Assembly: GCA_048938005.1 (NCBI GenBank)
Contig: JBHLMQ010000061.1
Location: 1-16,449, forward strand
Length of the DNA: 16,449 bases
Direction of reading: 5' to 3'
DNA from: Promethearchaeota archaeon
GTDB lineage: Archaea; Asgardarchaeota; Lokiarchaeia; Sigyniarchaeales; SOKP01
The position numbers and the translations under genes were made by a program. Under the pieces are notes generated by a model. That model had not been told where the DNA came from and ran no database searches. It worked only from the letters and a program-made list of their open reading frames with translations. This document shows, one piece after another, positions 7,305 to 16,102 of this stretch. Each line of letters begins with the position of its first letter. The first letter of the stretch is position 1.

Positions 7305-9695
7305 ATGAATAATCAAAAAACGCTAAGTTTTAATTCCTCCTTGGGAAGACAGGAGAGAGATTCTTCTGGTTCTCAAGTTGGAGTTGTTAAAATGGATGCT
7401 TTTAAATCATATGTGGGTATCGGTGAATTACTTCAAAAATTTATAAATACTTCCGATCAAGAAAGTTGGAATGAAATAAAAGCGAAAATCGATTATACTT
7501 ACAATAACCTCGATTATGCACTCTCTCCATTGGAGCAAACCACTTCTTTTATCCATCAGATGAAGGAAAAATTAGAAAAGGGTCAGAAACTTCTATTTAA
7601 GCCTAATATTGTTTGTCCTAGCTGTATAAACTCGCAAACTCATGGTTCAGTTTTTGCTGGACGAGGTAGTAATGCTTGTACGGATTGGGCATTTATTGCT
7701 GCCTTAATGAGATGGTTTCATGAAAAGGCTGGAATAAGTTATTACCAGATGTCCCTTGGCGAAGCTTCAACTGCAACTACTTCAACAGCTAATTTATTTT
7801 CAAAAATTAATCCAGAAGAGAAGGAAATTACTCCTGAAGCTGTTATCGAAGGAAAATGTGGAGATTTTTACGGCGGGTGGGGATTTTATTTTGTTCGTAA
7901 GTACCTTGCCGAATCATTGAAAGAAGGTGAGAGTGATGATCCTCTCAAGGGTTATGAAGAGAGTCTTAACGGGACTTATATACCACCTGGACTCGTTACT
8001 GATAAATTGATGGTATATGATCTGAACCGAATATATGATGACCCGAGTAAGGGAAGGGCGTGCGAGATACCAGATGGTGTCAATTACAAATCGATCGTCC
8101 TTCATAAAGTTATTACTGGTGGTAATCTAGATAACCTTGAAGATATGAGAGCTTATCCCGGATGCATTTTGATCAATGTTCCTAAAGTTAAAGTTCATTC
8201 TTCTGCTCTTTTCTCAAATATCATAAAAAACCTAAGTATGGGGCTTTATCCAATGCTATATGCCAGCAAAGGAGATAAGAAATGGGATTACGCTAGACCT
8301 CACGGTACTAAGATCGTTGGTTTGAAAGTCATACCACATCAAGTCTGGATTCCTGAAATGGATGATGAAAGTTCCCTGCCCAAAAAGGATGCTGAAGGTA
8401 ATTATATCTTAAAAAAAACTGGCGGACTTACAGCTACAATGATTGACATTATTAAAGCAGTGGACAATCTGGGTATTTTGATAGTTCATGTAGTTGATGG
8501 GATTGAAATGATTAATTTTGATCATACAGGACGTGGATTAAAAACTGCTGAAGGGATGGTTTTTGCAGGTTTGGATCCCGTTGCTACCGATCTCTTATGC
8601 GCCCGATATATGTTCTCCAACGTCCCGCTCAAAGAGTCTCTTGAAGTTAGATTGGAGGGTGGAACTGCTTGTGGATTCCCTCAGAAAGTACCCATACCCA
8701 TAAAGGATGGAAAAAATATCATATCTACAGCAGGATATGATTGTCCCCTAGCTCGAGATATTACATTTGAGAGAGCAGAAAAGAGAGGTTTAGGGCAAAT
8801 GAATTATTATGTAATGGGTTATGATATTTTAACCGATTCACGAATGATATCATTAAACGGGCACTTAGGCTCGGTAAAAAACGATAATTTTTCAGATGTA
8901 GTAACTAAAACCCTTTTTTATAATATTGTTAAGGTACCTTGGGATCTACAGCGTACAAGCTTCAATTATTTAGCTGCTGTAGATGAATTAGAGGGTACAA
9001 AATTAAAGGAAGAATTTCTTCAGTATTATGATGAAGATAATGATGGCGTGGTCTCTTATGAGGAATTTGGAAAAAAAGGATCAAAAACATTAAATAGTCA
9101 TTTTGTTGCTGACTACGTTTCTTTAATGGGTAAAGAAAAGCTGGGTTATCTAAAAGGACATTTTAAACTAATGACTTCAACGTATAGATACAGCAACAAG
9201 CAGAATAATTCCGATAATCACGATATAATGGAAGAGAGTTTACTTGCTACGACTTGTCGTTTTGCTTTTATAATTTCTCAAGTTAATGTGGATATTCCTG
9301 ATCCTTTCATTCCAGGATTAACGTACGGCAAAGGGAAATGGCCTAGTATTCAGTTTGTAGGGTTTTTTCAAATAGGAAATATGATTTATGGTCGAAGCTT
9401 TCCAGGCTCAATCGCTTATCCAAGCCTTTACAGTATTGCTCTATTTTATGCTGATTTGACTCAAAACGGAGGCAAATACGCTGGTAAATTACGCAGTCAT
9501 CCAGATCCTCAAGCTATTAGTAATTATGTTTCTGATGTGGCAAGCAATGAGATAGATCCCCTAGATTTTGTTTTATACGTACCAACAGGATTTAATACTT
9601 TATCTGGAGTAAAAATTCCGAATGTTGAAATCACAGATGATCCTTTGAAGATATTCACTGCAAATTTTCAAAATAGTAAAGAGATCTGGTCGTAA
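7305..9695 (+). CDS. Large DUF362-domain protein (796 aa) with a C-terminal extension carrying an EF-hand loop
   Basis: DUF362-type motifs LLFKPNIV, LGEAS, INVPKVKVH, IKNLSMG, VVDGI and GLDPVATDLLCARYM. EF-hand loop DEDNDGVVSYEE at residues 576-587. Confidence 0.78.
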   Translation: MNNQKTLSFNSSLGRQERDSSGSQVGVVKMDAFKSYVGIGELLQKFINTSDQESWNEIKAKIDYTYNNLDYALSPLEQTTSFIHQMKEKLEKGQKLLFKPNIVCPSCINSQTHGSVFAGRGSNACTDWAFIAALMRWFHEKAGISYYQMSLGEASTATTSTANLFSKINPEEKEITPEAVIEGKCGDFYGGWGFYFVRKYLAESLKEGESDDPLKGYEESLNGTYIPPGLVTDKLMVYDLNRIYDDPSKGRACEIPDGVNYKSIVLHKVITGGNLDNLEDMRAYPGCILINVPKVKVHSSALFSNIIKNLSMGLYPMLYASKGDKKWDYARPHGTKIVGLKVIPHQVWIPEMDDESSLPKKDAEGNYILKKTGGLTATMIDIIKAVDNLGILIVHVVDGIEMINFDHTGRGLKTAEGMVFAGLDPVATDLLCARYMFSNVPLKESLEVRLEGGTACGFPQKVPIPIKDGKNIISTAGYDCPLARDITFERAEKRGLGQMNYYVMGYDILTDSRMISLNGHLGSVKNDNFSDVVTKTLFYNIVKVPWDLQRTSFNYLAAVDELEGTKLKEEFLQYYDEDNDGVVSYEEFGKKGSKTLNSHFVADYVSLMGKEKLGYLKGHFKLMTSTYRYSNKQNNSDNHDIMEESLLATTCRFAFIISQVNVDIPDPFIPGLTYGKGKWPSIQFVGFFQIGNMIYGRSFPGSIAYPSLYSIALFYADLTQNGGKYAGKLRSHPDPQAISNYVSDVASNEIDPLDFVLYVPTGFNTLSGVKIPNVEITDDPLKIFTANFQNSKEIWS

Positions 9696-9775
9696 ACTCT
9701 TAAAAGAGTTAAACTTGATTTCCAATTTGCTTTTTTATAGGAAATTCGGATATTTTTAACTGAATATTCTGTCGA

Positions 9776-9790
9776 AGGAAAAAAAAAGAA
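9776..9790 (-). terminator. Oligo-T tract immediately after the full-length hypD copy 2 stop
   Basis: The minus strand reads TAG CAGTTCTTTTTTTTTCC (A9 at 9779-9787 on plus), just 3' of TAG at 9796-9794. Confidence 0.5.
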
Positions 9791-9793
9791 CTG

Positions 9794-12154
9794 CTATAAA
9801 GCAATATGCTCGGTTCTTCTAATAATCTCTTCTTGTAAGTCTTGTCCTAAGTTTACAAAATAGTCACTATATCCCGCAACTCGCACAATTAGTTCTCTAT
9901 ATTTTTCCGGATCTTTCTGTGCGGCACGTAAAGTATCTGCTGAAACTACATTAAATTATATATGATGACCATTCATTTCGAAATATGCTCTAACTAAATG
10001 GGCTAAATTATTAATACTATTTTCCTCTGAAAAAAAACGAGGTGCAAATTTTTGGTTTAATAAAGTACCGCCTGTTCTTAGATGATCTATTTTTCCAGCA
10101 GATTTAATGACAGCAGTTGGACCGTGAATATCCATTCCTTGAACTGGAGATATACCTTCTGACAATGGTGTAAATGCTTTCCTACCATCAGGAGTTGCAG
10201 CTGTTACTTTACCAAAATATATATGAACGGTTGTTGGTAAAAGATTAATTCTATGCTCACCACCTCTTGTATTAGGACGTCCATTTATTGCATCATATAC
10301 AATTTCAAACACCTGCTGAGTAATTGAATCTGCATAATCATCATCATTTCCATATTTAGGGGTTTTATATAATAATTTTTGTCTAAGATCTTCATATCCA
10401 TTAAAATTATTTTTTAGGGCTTCTAAAAGGTTCTCGATATTTAAGATATTATTATCATATATGTTATACTTTAATGAAGTTAAACAATCTGTTATACTCC
10501 CCATACCTACGATTTGTATATAAGAAGTATTATATTTCGCACCCCCATTATTATAGTCCTTACCTTTCTTAATACAATTTTCAATTATTATAGATAAGAA
10601 GGGAGAAGGATTTTGAGTCCAAATCCGTTCAATAATTTGGTTGCCTTTTATTTTAATATTTACAAAATGATTAATTTGTTTTGAATACGCTTCCATTAAC
10701 TCATCAAAATTTTTAAAAACTATGGGATCCCCCGTTTTTAACCCAATCTGTTTTCCAGATGCAGGATCTATTCCATTATTAAGAGTGATTTCGAGGATTT
10801 TCACTAAATTAAAATATCCTGTTAGTATATAAGCTTCTTTTCCAAAAGCTCCAGCTTCTACACATCCACTTGCCCCGGCTTTTCTTGCATCGACCAATGA
10901 CTTTCCTTGGCGTATAAGTTCTTGAATAATCGCATCAGCATTAAATACAGAAGGTTGACCAAATCCAGTTTTTATAATTTTAATAGCTCGTTTTAAAAAA
11001 TCATCAGGAGTTAATTTACTAATTTGCACATTACTACTTGGTTGTACGATGCGCATTTCTTCTATTACATTCAGAAGAATATATGATAATTCATTAACAC
11101 CATCAGAACCATCTTCTTTTAGTCCACCTATATTAATATTGCAAAAGTCTGTATAAGTGCTACTTTCCTCAGCGGTAACACCTACTTTAGGTGGAGCTGG
11201 TTGGTTATTAAATTTTATCCAGAACGCTTGAAGCAATTCTACGGCTTCCTCTTTAGTGAGGTTACCCTCGGAAATATCCTTTTTGAAAAAAGGATATAAA
11301 TGCTGATCGAGACGTCCTGGATTGAAAGAATCCCAAGTATTATACTCAGTTATAACACCCAGATGAATAAACCAATAATGCTGTAATGCTTCCCAAAAAT
11401 TTCTCGGAGCATTTGCTGGTACATAGGAACAAATTTCAAAAATTTTTTCTAATTCTTTCTTTCTTATATGATCAGTTTCCTTTTCAGCTAAAATTTTCAC
11501 TTTTTCAGCATATCTATTAGCATAAACGATAATTGCGTCTGCTGCTATGCTCATAGCATTCAATTCTTCTCTCTTATCAAATGCATCAGGATCGGTAAAA
11601 AAATCTAATTCTTCTATAGAATTTTTAATTAATTCTTTAAACTCTAAAAATCCCATACTCCAAATATTATCTCCTGCCACAGTATGTCCTGGTGCTCGTT
11701 GTTCCATAAATTCAGTAAATATTCCTGCTTCATAGGCATCAATCCATTCTCGGTCAACTTGGGAAAAAATCTTCTCTCTAATCGTTTTGCCTTTCCAATA
11801 AGGAATAATAATTTCTTTTGTTTCTTTCCTTGATTTCTCTGATACTTTAAATGATATTTTTTCTCGAGTATTTAAAATTTCTAAGTCTTGTAAACTGTGA
11901 CAGCATACTTCAGGATATGTTGGAGTTGCTTTTGGTCCTGGACCACGCTCTCCAACAATTAACTCTCCTTCATTAATACAGATTTCTTTATTCTTTAAGA
12001 TATATTCGAATGCTTTTGCTCTAGCTATTGCAGGAGAGAATTTATGAGTTGCACCAGTTTTAAAGAATTCGGTTATTAATAATGCTCGTTCTAAAGAAAG
12101 ATAAGGAATTGCTTCACGACTTTGAGTACGTAGTTTTTTTATTCTTTCATTCAT
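9794..12154 (-). pseudogene. hypD: HypD-type glycyl radical enzyme copy 2, interrupted by an in-frame TAA at codon 733 (nonsense allele, read-through or sequence error)
   Basis: The ORF track ends at 9956 (732 aa, ...MNGHHI*). The same frame continues [53 protein letters not shown] to TAG 9794, for a 2361-nt gene, the same length as copy 1. GCVE and the HypD substrate motifs are intact. Confidence 0.85.
10130..10687 (+). repeat. Direct repeat copy B: 558 bp identical to 4852-5409, inside hypD copy 2
   Basis: Direct sequence comparison. Flanking paralogous sequence has frequent synonymous differences. Confidence 0.95.
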
Positions 12155-12265
12155 ACTTCTACCAGGGATAGAAAAAACTAAATCTGTTTTTCATAATTTC
12201 TAGGACTAAGGTAATAATAATATGTTTTTCAATAAAATTGTTTTTACAATATAAGATAAGTAGAA

Positions 12266-14098
12266 TTATTTTTTAGAGCTCTGAACTTCTGAAGTCGTAT
12301 AAGTTGGATGCCAATCCAGACTTTGATGTTCAAAATACTGCTTATATAATTGAGCATATTTTCCACCTCTAGCAAGTAAAGACTTATGATCACCTTCTTC
12401 AATGATTTCCCCATGATCCATGACTAATATTCGATCAGTATTAACTACTGTTGACAATCTATGTGCTATAACAATTGAGGTTCGATTAGATAATAGAACA
12501 TCTAGAGCTTCTTGAATTACTGCTTCTGTGTATGCATCTACACTTGAGGTTGCCTCATCAAGAATTAGGATTTTTGGATTAGTTAAGAGTGCCCGAGCAA
12601 AACTAATTAATTGTCTTTGGCCTGCTGAAACTCCCTTTCCTCTCTCACCTACTTGTGTTTGAAATCCTTCTGGTAAATATTCAATTAATTCTTCTGCATG
12701 GACTGCCTTAACAGCTCTCCATAAATCCTCCTCTGCCGCATCCTGTCTCCCATATCGGATATTTTCTTCTATAGTTCCTGAAAATAAAAAGACATCCTGT
12801 GGAACCATACCAAGGTTTTTTCTATATGATTCTAAGGTCATATCTCTGATATCAATTCCATCAATCTTAATTGATCCTCCTTGAAATTCATAATACCTCG
12901 CAAGTAGTGAAACTAAAGATGTTTTTCCAGAACCGGTATGTCCAACTATAGCAAGTTTCTCGCCTTTTCCTATTTTGAGATTTAAACCTTTAAAAACCCA
13001 CTCATTGCTATTATAACTAAAATCGACATCTTCAAATTCAATATCTCCTTCAAGCTCCTCCACATCAATAGCATTAGGATTTTGGATAACATTTGGTTTT
13101 GAATCAAGAATTTCTAGAATGCGTTCGTATGCAGCCATACCTGTACTGAATTGAGGGAAAAAAGTTGCGAGTACCATAATAGGACGGAAAAATGTTGGAA
13201 GATAAAGATAAAATACAAACAGCCTCCCGGGACTTAACAAATCTCTAAAGACAAATTGACCTCCTATATATATTATAATAATAAATGTAAGAGTAGAGAT
13301 AAAACCAAGCAGCCTCCTCCACAAATGAGTCACGGCTGTCAATCTAAACCCCGATTTAAAATAATTTTTATTTATCTCATCAAATTGTTCAGAAATCATT
13401 GATTCTTGCCCATAACTTTTACAAACATGTATACCCTCGACTAATTCAACCATAGATGTATTGACATTATCTAAAGCTTTCCTATACCTTCTACTTACTC
13501 TTCTTGCGAGCTTTCTAAGGGAAACCATCAACAATAAGATAATGGGAACTGTTGCAAGGGCAATAAGAGCCAGAAAAGTATTTAACCAGATAAGGATACC
13601 AAGAGTTAAACCACTCAGAAAAAGATTTCCAATTGTCTCCACTATTAAAAATGTTATATCACCAAAATCAACGACATCGTTAGTAACTCTTGTGTTTAAT
13701 CCACCAGTTTGATGATTATCGAAAAAACTCATATCTTGCTCTTGCAACTTATCAAAAATGTCCATTCGGAGTCGTTCTGCAAAAAAGGGAACAAATCTAG
13801 CTATCTCTTTATATTGTAGATAAAACATCAACCATATTACACCATATAATATAATATAAAGGAATGAAGCACCAAAAATTAGAAGAAAATTCGGTTCGAT
13901 CTTAATAAACTCATCTACAATATACGAAAGCATTAGAGGATTAAGTATATCTGCTCCTGCCGAAATTACAATGAAAAGTGCTATACGAATAACACTTTTT
14001 TTAAAAGGATTAATTCTCTTGACATATCGAACAAACAATTCCCTATCGGAATAATTTCGTTTTCGTTCTTCTTTCATTAATCCCGCATAAAGGCCCAT
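12266..14098 (-). CDS. Heterodimeric type IV ABC exporter half-transporter (TMD+NBD), TM288-like subunit
   Basis: N-terminal TM domain, Walker A GHTGSGKTS, Q-loop VPQD, degenerate signature VSAGQRQ, Walker B ILILDE and H-loop IAHR. Confidence 0.92.
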   Translation of the reverse strand: MGLYAGLMKEERKRNYSDRELFVRYVKRINPFKKSVIRIALFIVISAGADILNPLMLSYIVDEFIKIEPNFLLIFGASFLYIILYGVIWLMFYLQYKEIARFVPFFAERLRMDIFDKLQEQDMSFFDNHQTGGLNTRVTNDVVDFGDITFLIVETIGNLFLSGLTLGILIWLNTFLALIALATVPIILLLMVSLRKLARRVSRRYRKALDNVNTSMVELVEGIHVCKSYGQESMISEQFDEINKNYFKSGFRLTAVTHLWRRLLGFISTLTFIIIIYIGGQFVFRDLLSPGRLFVFYLYLPTFFRPIMVLATFFPQFSTGMAAYERILEILDSKPNVIQNPNAIDVEELEGDIEFEDVDFSYNSNEWVFKGLNLKIGKGEKLAIVGHTGSGKTSLVSLLARYYEFQGGSIKIDGIDIRDMTLESYRKNLGMVPQDVFLFSGTIEENIRYGRQDAAEEDLWRAVKAVHAEELIEYLPEGFQTQVGERGKGVSAGQRQLISFARALLTNPKILILDEATSSVDAYTEAVIQEALDVLLSNRTSIVIAHRLSTVVNTDRILVMDHGEIIEEGDHKSLLARGGKYAQLYKQYFEHQSLDWHPTYTTSEVQSSKK

Positions 14099-14127
14099 CC
14101 TTAATCATCTCTCTCTTTTTTTAAGAA

Positions 14128-15888
14128 TTATACTTGATTGAGTATTTTTTTACCAAAAATTCGTCGATAATCCTCTGAACTCTGTAACAATTCATTATGC
14201 TTCCCTTCTGCTACAATTTTTCCATGCCTAAGTACAATTATTTTATCTGAAGTTCTTATTGTATGTAAACGATGAGTAATTATTATCGTAGTCCTATTTC
14301 TTAAGATATTTTCCATGGCAAGACCTATTTTCTCTTCAGTTTCACTATCAACTGCGGAAACAGAGTCATCAAAAATGAGTATTTTTGGATCTGTCAAAAA
14401 TGCTCGAGCAATGGCTATGCGTTGTTTTTCTCCTCCAGAAAGTCGTATTCCCCTTTCACCAACAATAGACTCATATCCGTTAGGGCGCTGTTTAACAAAA
14501 TCATCAACTTGAGCTAACTCCGCAGCTTTAAATATCTCTTCTTCAGTAGCATCAGGTTTGCCGAATTTGATGTTTTCTTTTATAGTTCTTGGATAAAGAT
14601 AAATTTCTTGCTCAATATAACCAATATGTTTTCTTAAAGCTTCACGAGGATAATTTCTTATATCTACTCCATCTAAAAGAATTGATCCTTCTTGTGGTTT
14701 ATAAAGAGATAAAATTAATTTTGCTAAAGTTGATTTCCCACATCCAGTAGGACCAACAAGAGCAACTCTTTCAAATGGTTCAATACTAAAGGTTATATTG
14801 CTTAGGGTTGGTCGAGGATTTTTAATTTCATTCTCATGAGTAAATGATACATTATTGAATTCAATTTTTCCTTTGAATTTCTCTGGCCATTCTACAGTCG
14901 TATCTTTATCTGTCTCACTTTCTCCTCTAGAAAGCGAAGCATATAATCGCGAAGCGGCAGCAAATCCATTCATCATATCGTTTGTAGACCAATGAATCAT
15001 CCTTGTAGGTTCGATAAGTGCTATAAGAAGGATATTGATAGCGACTAGGTCTCCTACTGTTAGTGAATTTTGATAAACTAAAAAGGAGCATATTAACAAC
15101 GTGCATCCTATCAATAGATAAAGGATTAGTAAAGCATAATATCTAGCTTGGACTATGTTTTGCCCAACCATATTATTCTTGTAATCAATTACAGACCTTC
15201 TAAACTTTTTTCTTTCTAACCTTTCAGCATTAAAAGCTCTGACTACATTTGCACCACTTATTGAGTCTTGTAGCACTACGGCTAAATTTGAATACTTTTT
15301 CATTCGGTTAGTAACAAAAGGAGAAAGATTTTTTCGATAATACAAAATAAAATAAAAGTATAAAACTATGAAAGGCAAACTAAATAAAGCTAAACGATAG
15401 TCTAAAACTTCGATTAACAAATATAAAGTTATGAATATTTGGATGAAAGGATAAATAAAAAAACTTCCGTGGGCGACCATTGTATTAATTACTCGAACAT
15501 CATTCGTAGCAAATGCAAGTAAATCCCCAGTTCGAATATTATCGTGAAAATTTAACGTTTTTAACTGAATTGTGTCAAAAAATTCTTGTCTCATATTTTT
15601 TTCAATTTTCAAGCCAAAAAAATGCCCCAGCATCATTACCAAATAATCAGATAAATTATATGCAAGAGATACAGAAAGTCCGATAACAAGTAATATCAGT
15701 AAATTACCTAAATTTCGAGTTATTAAGACATTGTCAATGATACTACCAATTATTATTGGCATTATAGTGACACCTAAACTTACCACAAAGATTCCTATAA
15801 TAACTAACATTACAAGATATTTTTGTCTAAGGAGGTGTTTTAGAAGCCATTTCCTATATTCTTTATTCTTTTCCTTATCTTTTTTCAT
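14128..15888 (-). CDS. Heterodimeric type IV ABC exporter half-transporter (TMD+NBD), TM287-like subunit
   Basis: TM domain, Walker A GPTGCGKST, signature LSGGEKQR, Walker B ILIFDD (catalytic Glu replaced by Asp) and H-loop ITHR. Lies 29 bp upstream of its partner. Confidence 0.92.
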   Translation of the reverse strand: MKKDKEKNKEYRKWLLKHLLRQKYLVMLVIIGIFVVSLGVTIMPIIIGSIIDNVLITRNLGNLLILLVIGLSVSLAYNLSDYLVMMLGHFFGLKIEKNMRQEFFDTIQLKTLNFHDNIRTGDLLAFATNDVRVINTMVAHGSFFIYPFIQIFITLYLLIEVLDYRLALFSLPFIVLYFYFILYYRKNLSPFVTNRMKKYSNLAVVLQDSISGANVVRAFNAERLERKKFRRSVIDYKNNMVGQNIVQARYYALLILYLLIGCTLLICSFLVYQNSLTVGDLVAINILLIALIEPTRMIHWSTNDMMNGFAAASRLYASLSRGESETDKDTTVEWPEKFKGKIEFNNVSFTHENEIKNPRPTLSNITFSIEPFERVALVGPTGCGKSTLAKLILSLYKPQEGSILLDGVDIRNYPREALRKHIGYIEQEIYLYPRTIKENIKFGKPDATEEEIFKAAELAQVDDFVKQRPNGYESIVGERGIRLSGGEKQRIAIARAFLTDPKILIFDDSVSAVDSETEEKIGLAMENILRNRTTIIITHRLHTIRTSDKIIVLRHGKIVAEGKHNELLQSSEDYRRIFGKKILNQV

Positions 15889-16102
15889 AATTTTTTAATA
15901 TACTTCGATATTTTTCATAAATTAAAATCTTACATAAATAAACCACTACTTTAATGTTATAATACTTCAATCTTTTTCTACATTTTCAAAATTTAAAGAA
16001 CCTTGTTTATTTCTTTAAGTAGAGAAATAGAAAAAAGGTAAAAGAATGGGGTATTCTTAGGGTAGGATTAGGAAACTAAAAAACGATAATAGGTGGATCT
16101 TC

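Noticed and set aside
7305-9695. Horizontal acquisition of the DUF362 gene based on slightly higher GC
   Set aside because: The difference from the hypD and ABC genes looks small by eye and could not be quantified. Phylogeny is needed.
9695-9710. Palindrome AACTCTT-AA-AAGAGTT after the DUF362 stop as an intrinsic terminator
   Set aside because: The AT-rich stem is weak with a tiny loop and no immediate U tract, so it cannot be supported.
9794-9955. The hypD2 tail as an independently translated GrcA/YfiD-like spare-part gene
   Set aside because: There is no ATG after the stop. The only in-frame GTG lies four codons before the radical Gly, giving about 30 aa, far shorter than known autonomous glycyl radical cofactors.
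9956-9958. Genome-wide TAA-to-Gln reassignment explaining the hypD2 stop
   Set aside because: TAA ends hypD1 and the 5-alpha-reductase exactly at their family-conserved C-termini. No other gene has internal TAA, and CAA/CAG are used normally.
4852-10687. Composite transposon or IS bounded by direct repeats
   Set aside because: The repeats are internal coding segments of hypD. No transposase, integrase or terminal inverted repeats were seen.
4516-12154. Calling the GREs pyruvate formate-lyase, choline TMA-lyase or benzylsuccinate synthase
   Set aside because: There is a single-Cys GCVE loop (no Cys-Cys as in PFL), and the surrounding motifs match HypD.
1136-14512. Short ORFs 1136-1330, 2650-2850, 6366-6587, 6406-6606, 7914-8105, 11547-11735, 13461-13712 and 14315-14512
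   Set aside because: All are nested in or antisense to well-supported genes and lack recognisable motifs, so they are treated as shadow ORFs.
6947-16070. 10-mer GGTAGGATTA shared (inverted) between 6947-6956 and 16061-16070
   Set aside because: Many 10-mer matches are expected by chance in 16 kb, and there is no convincing extension.
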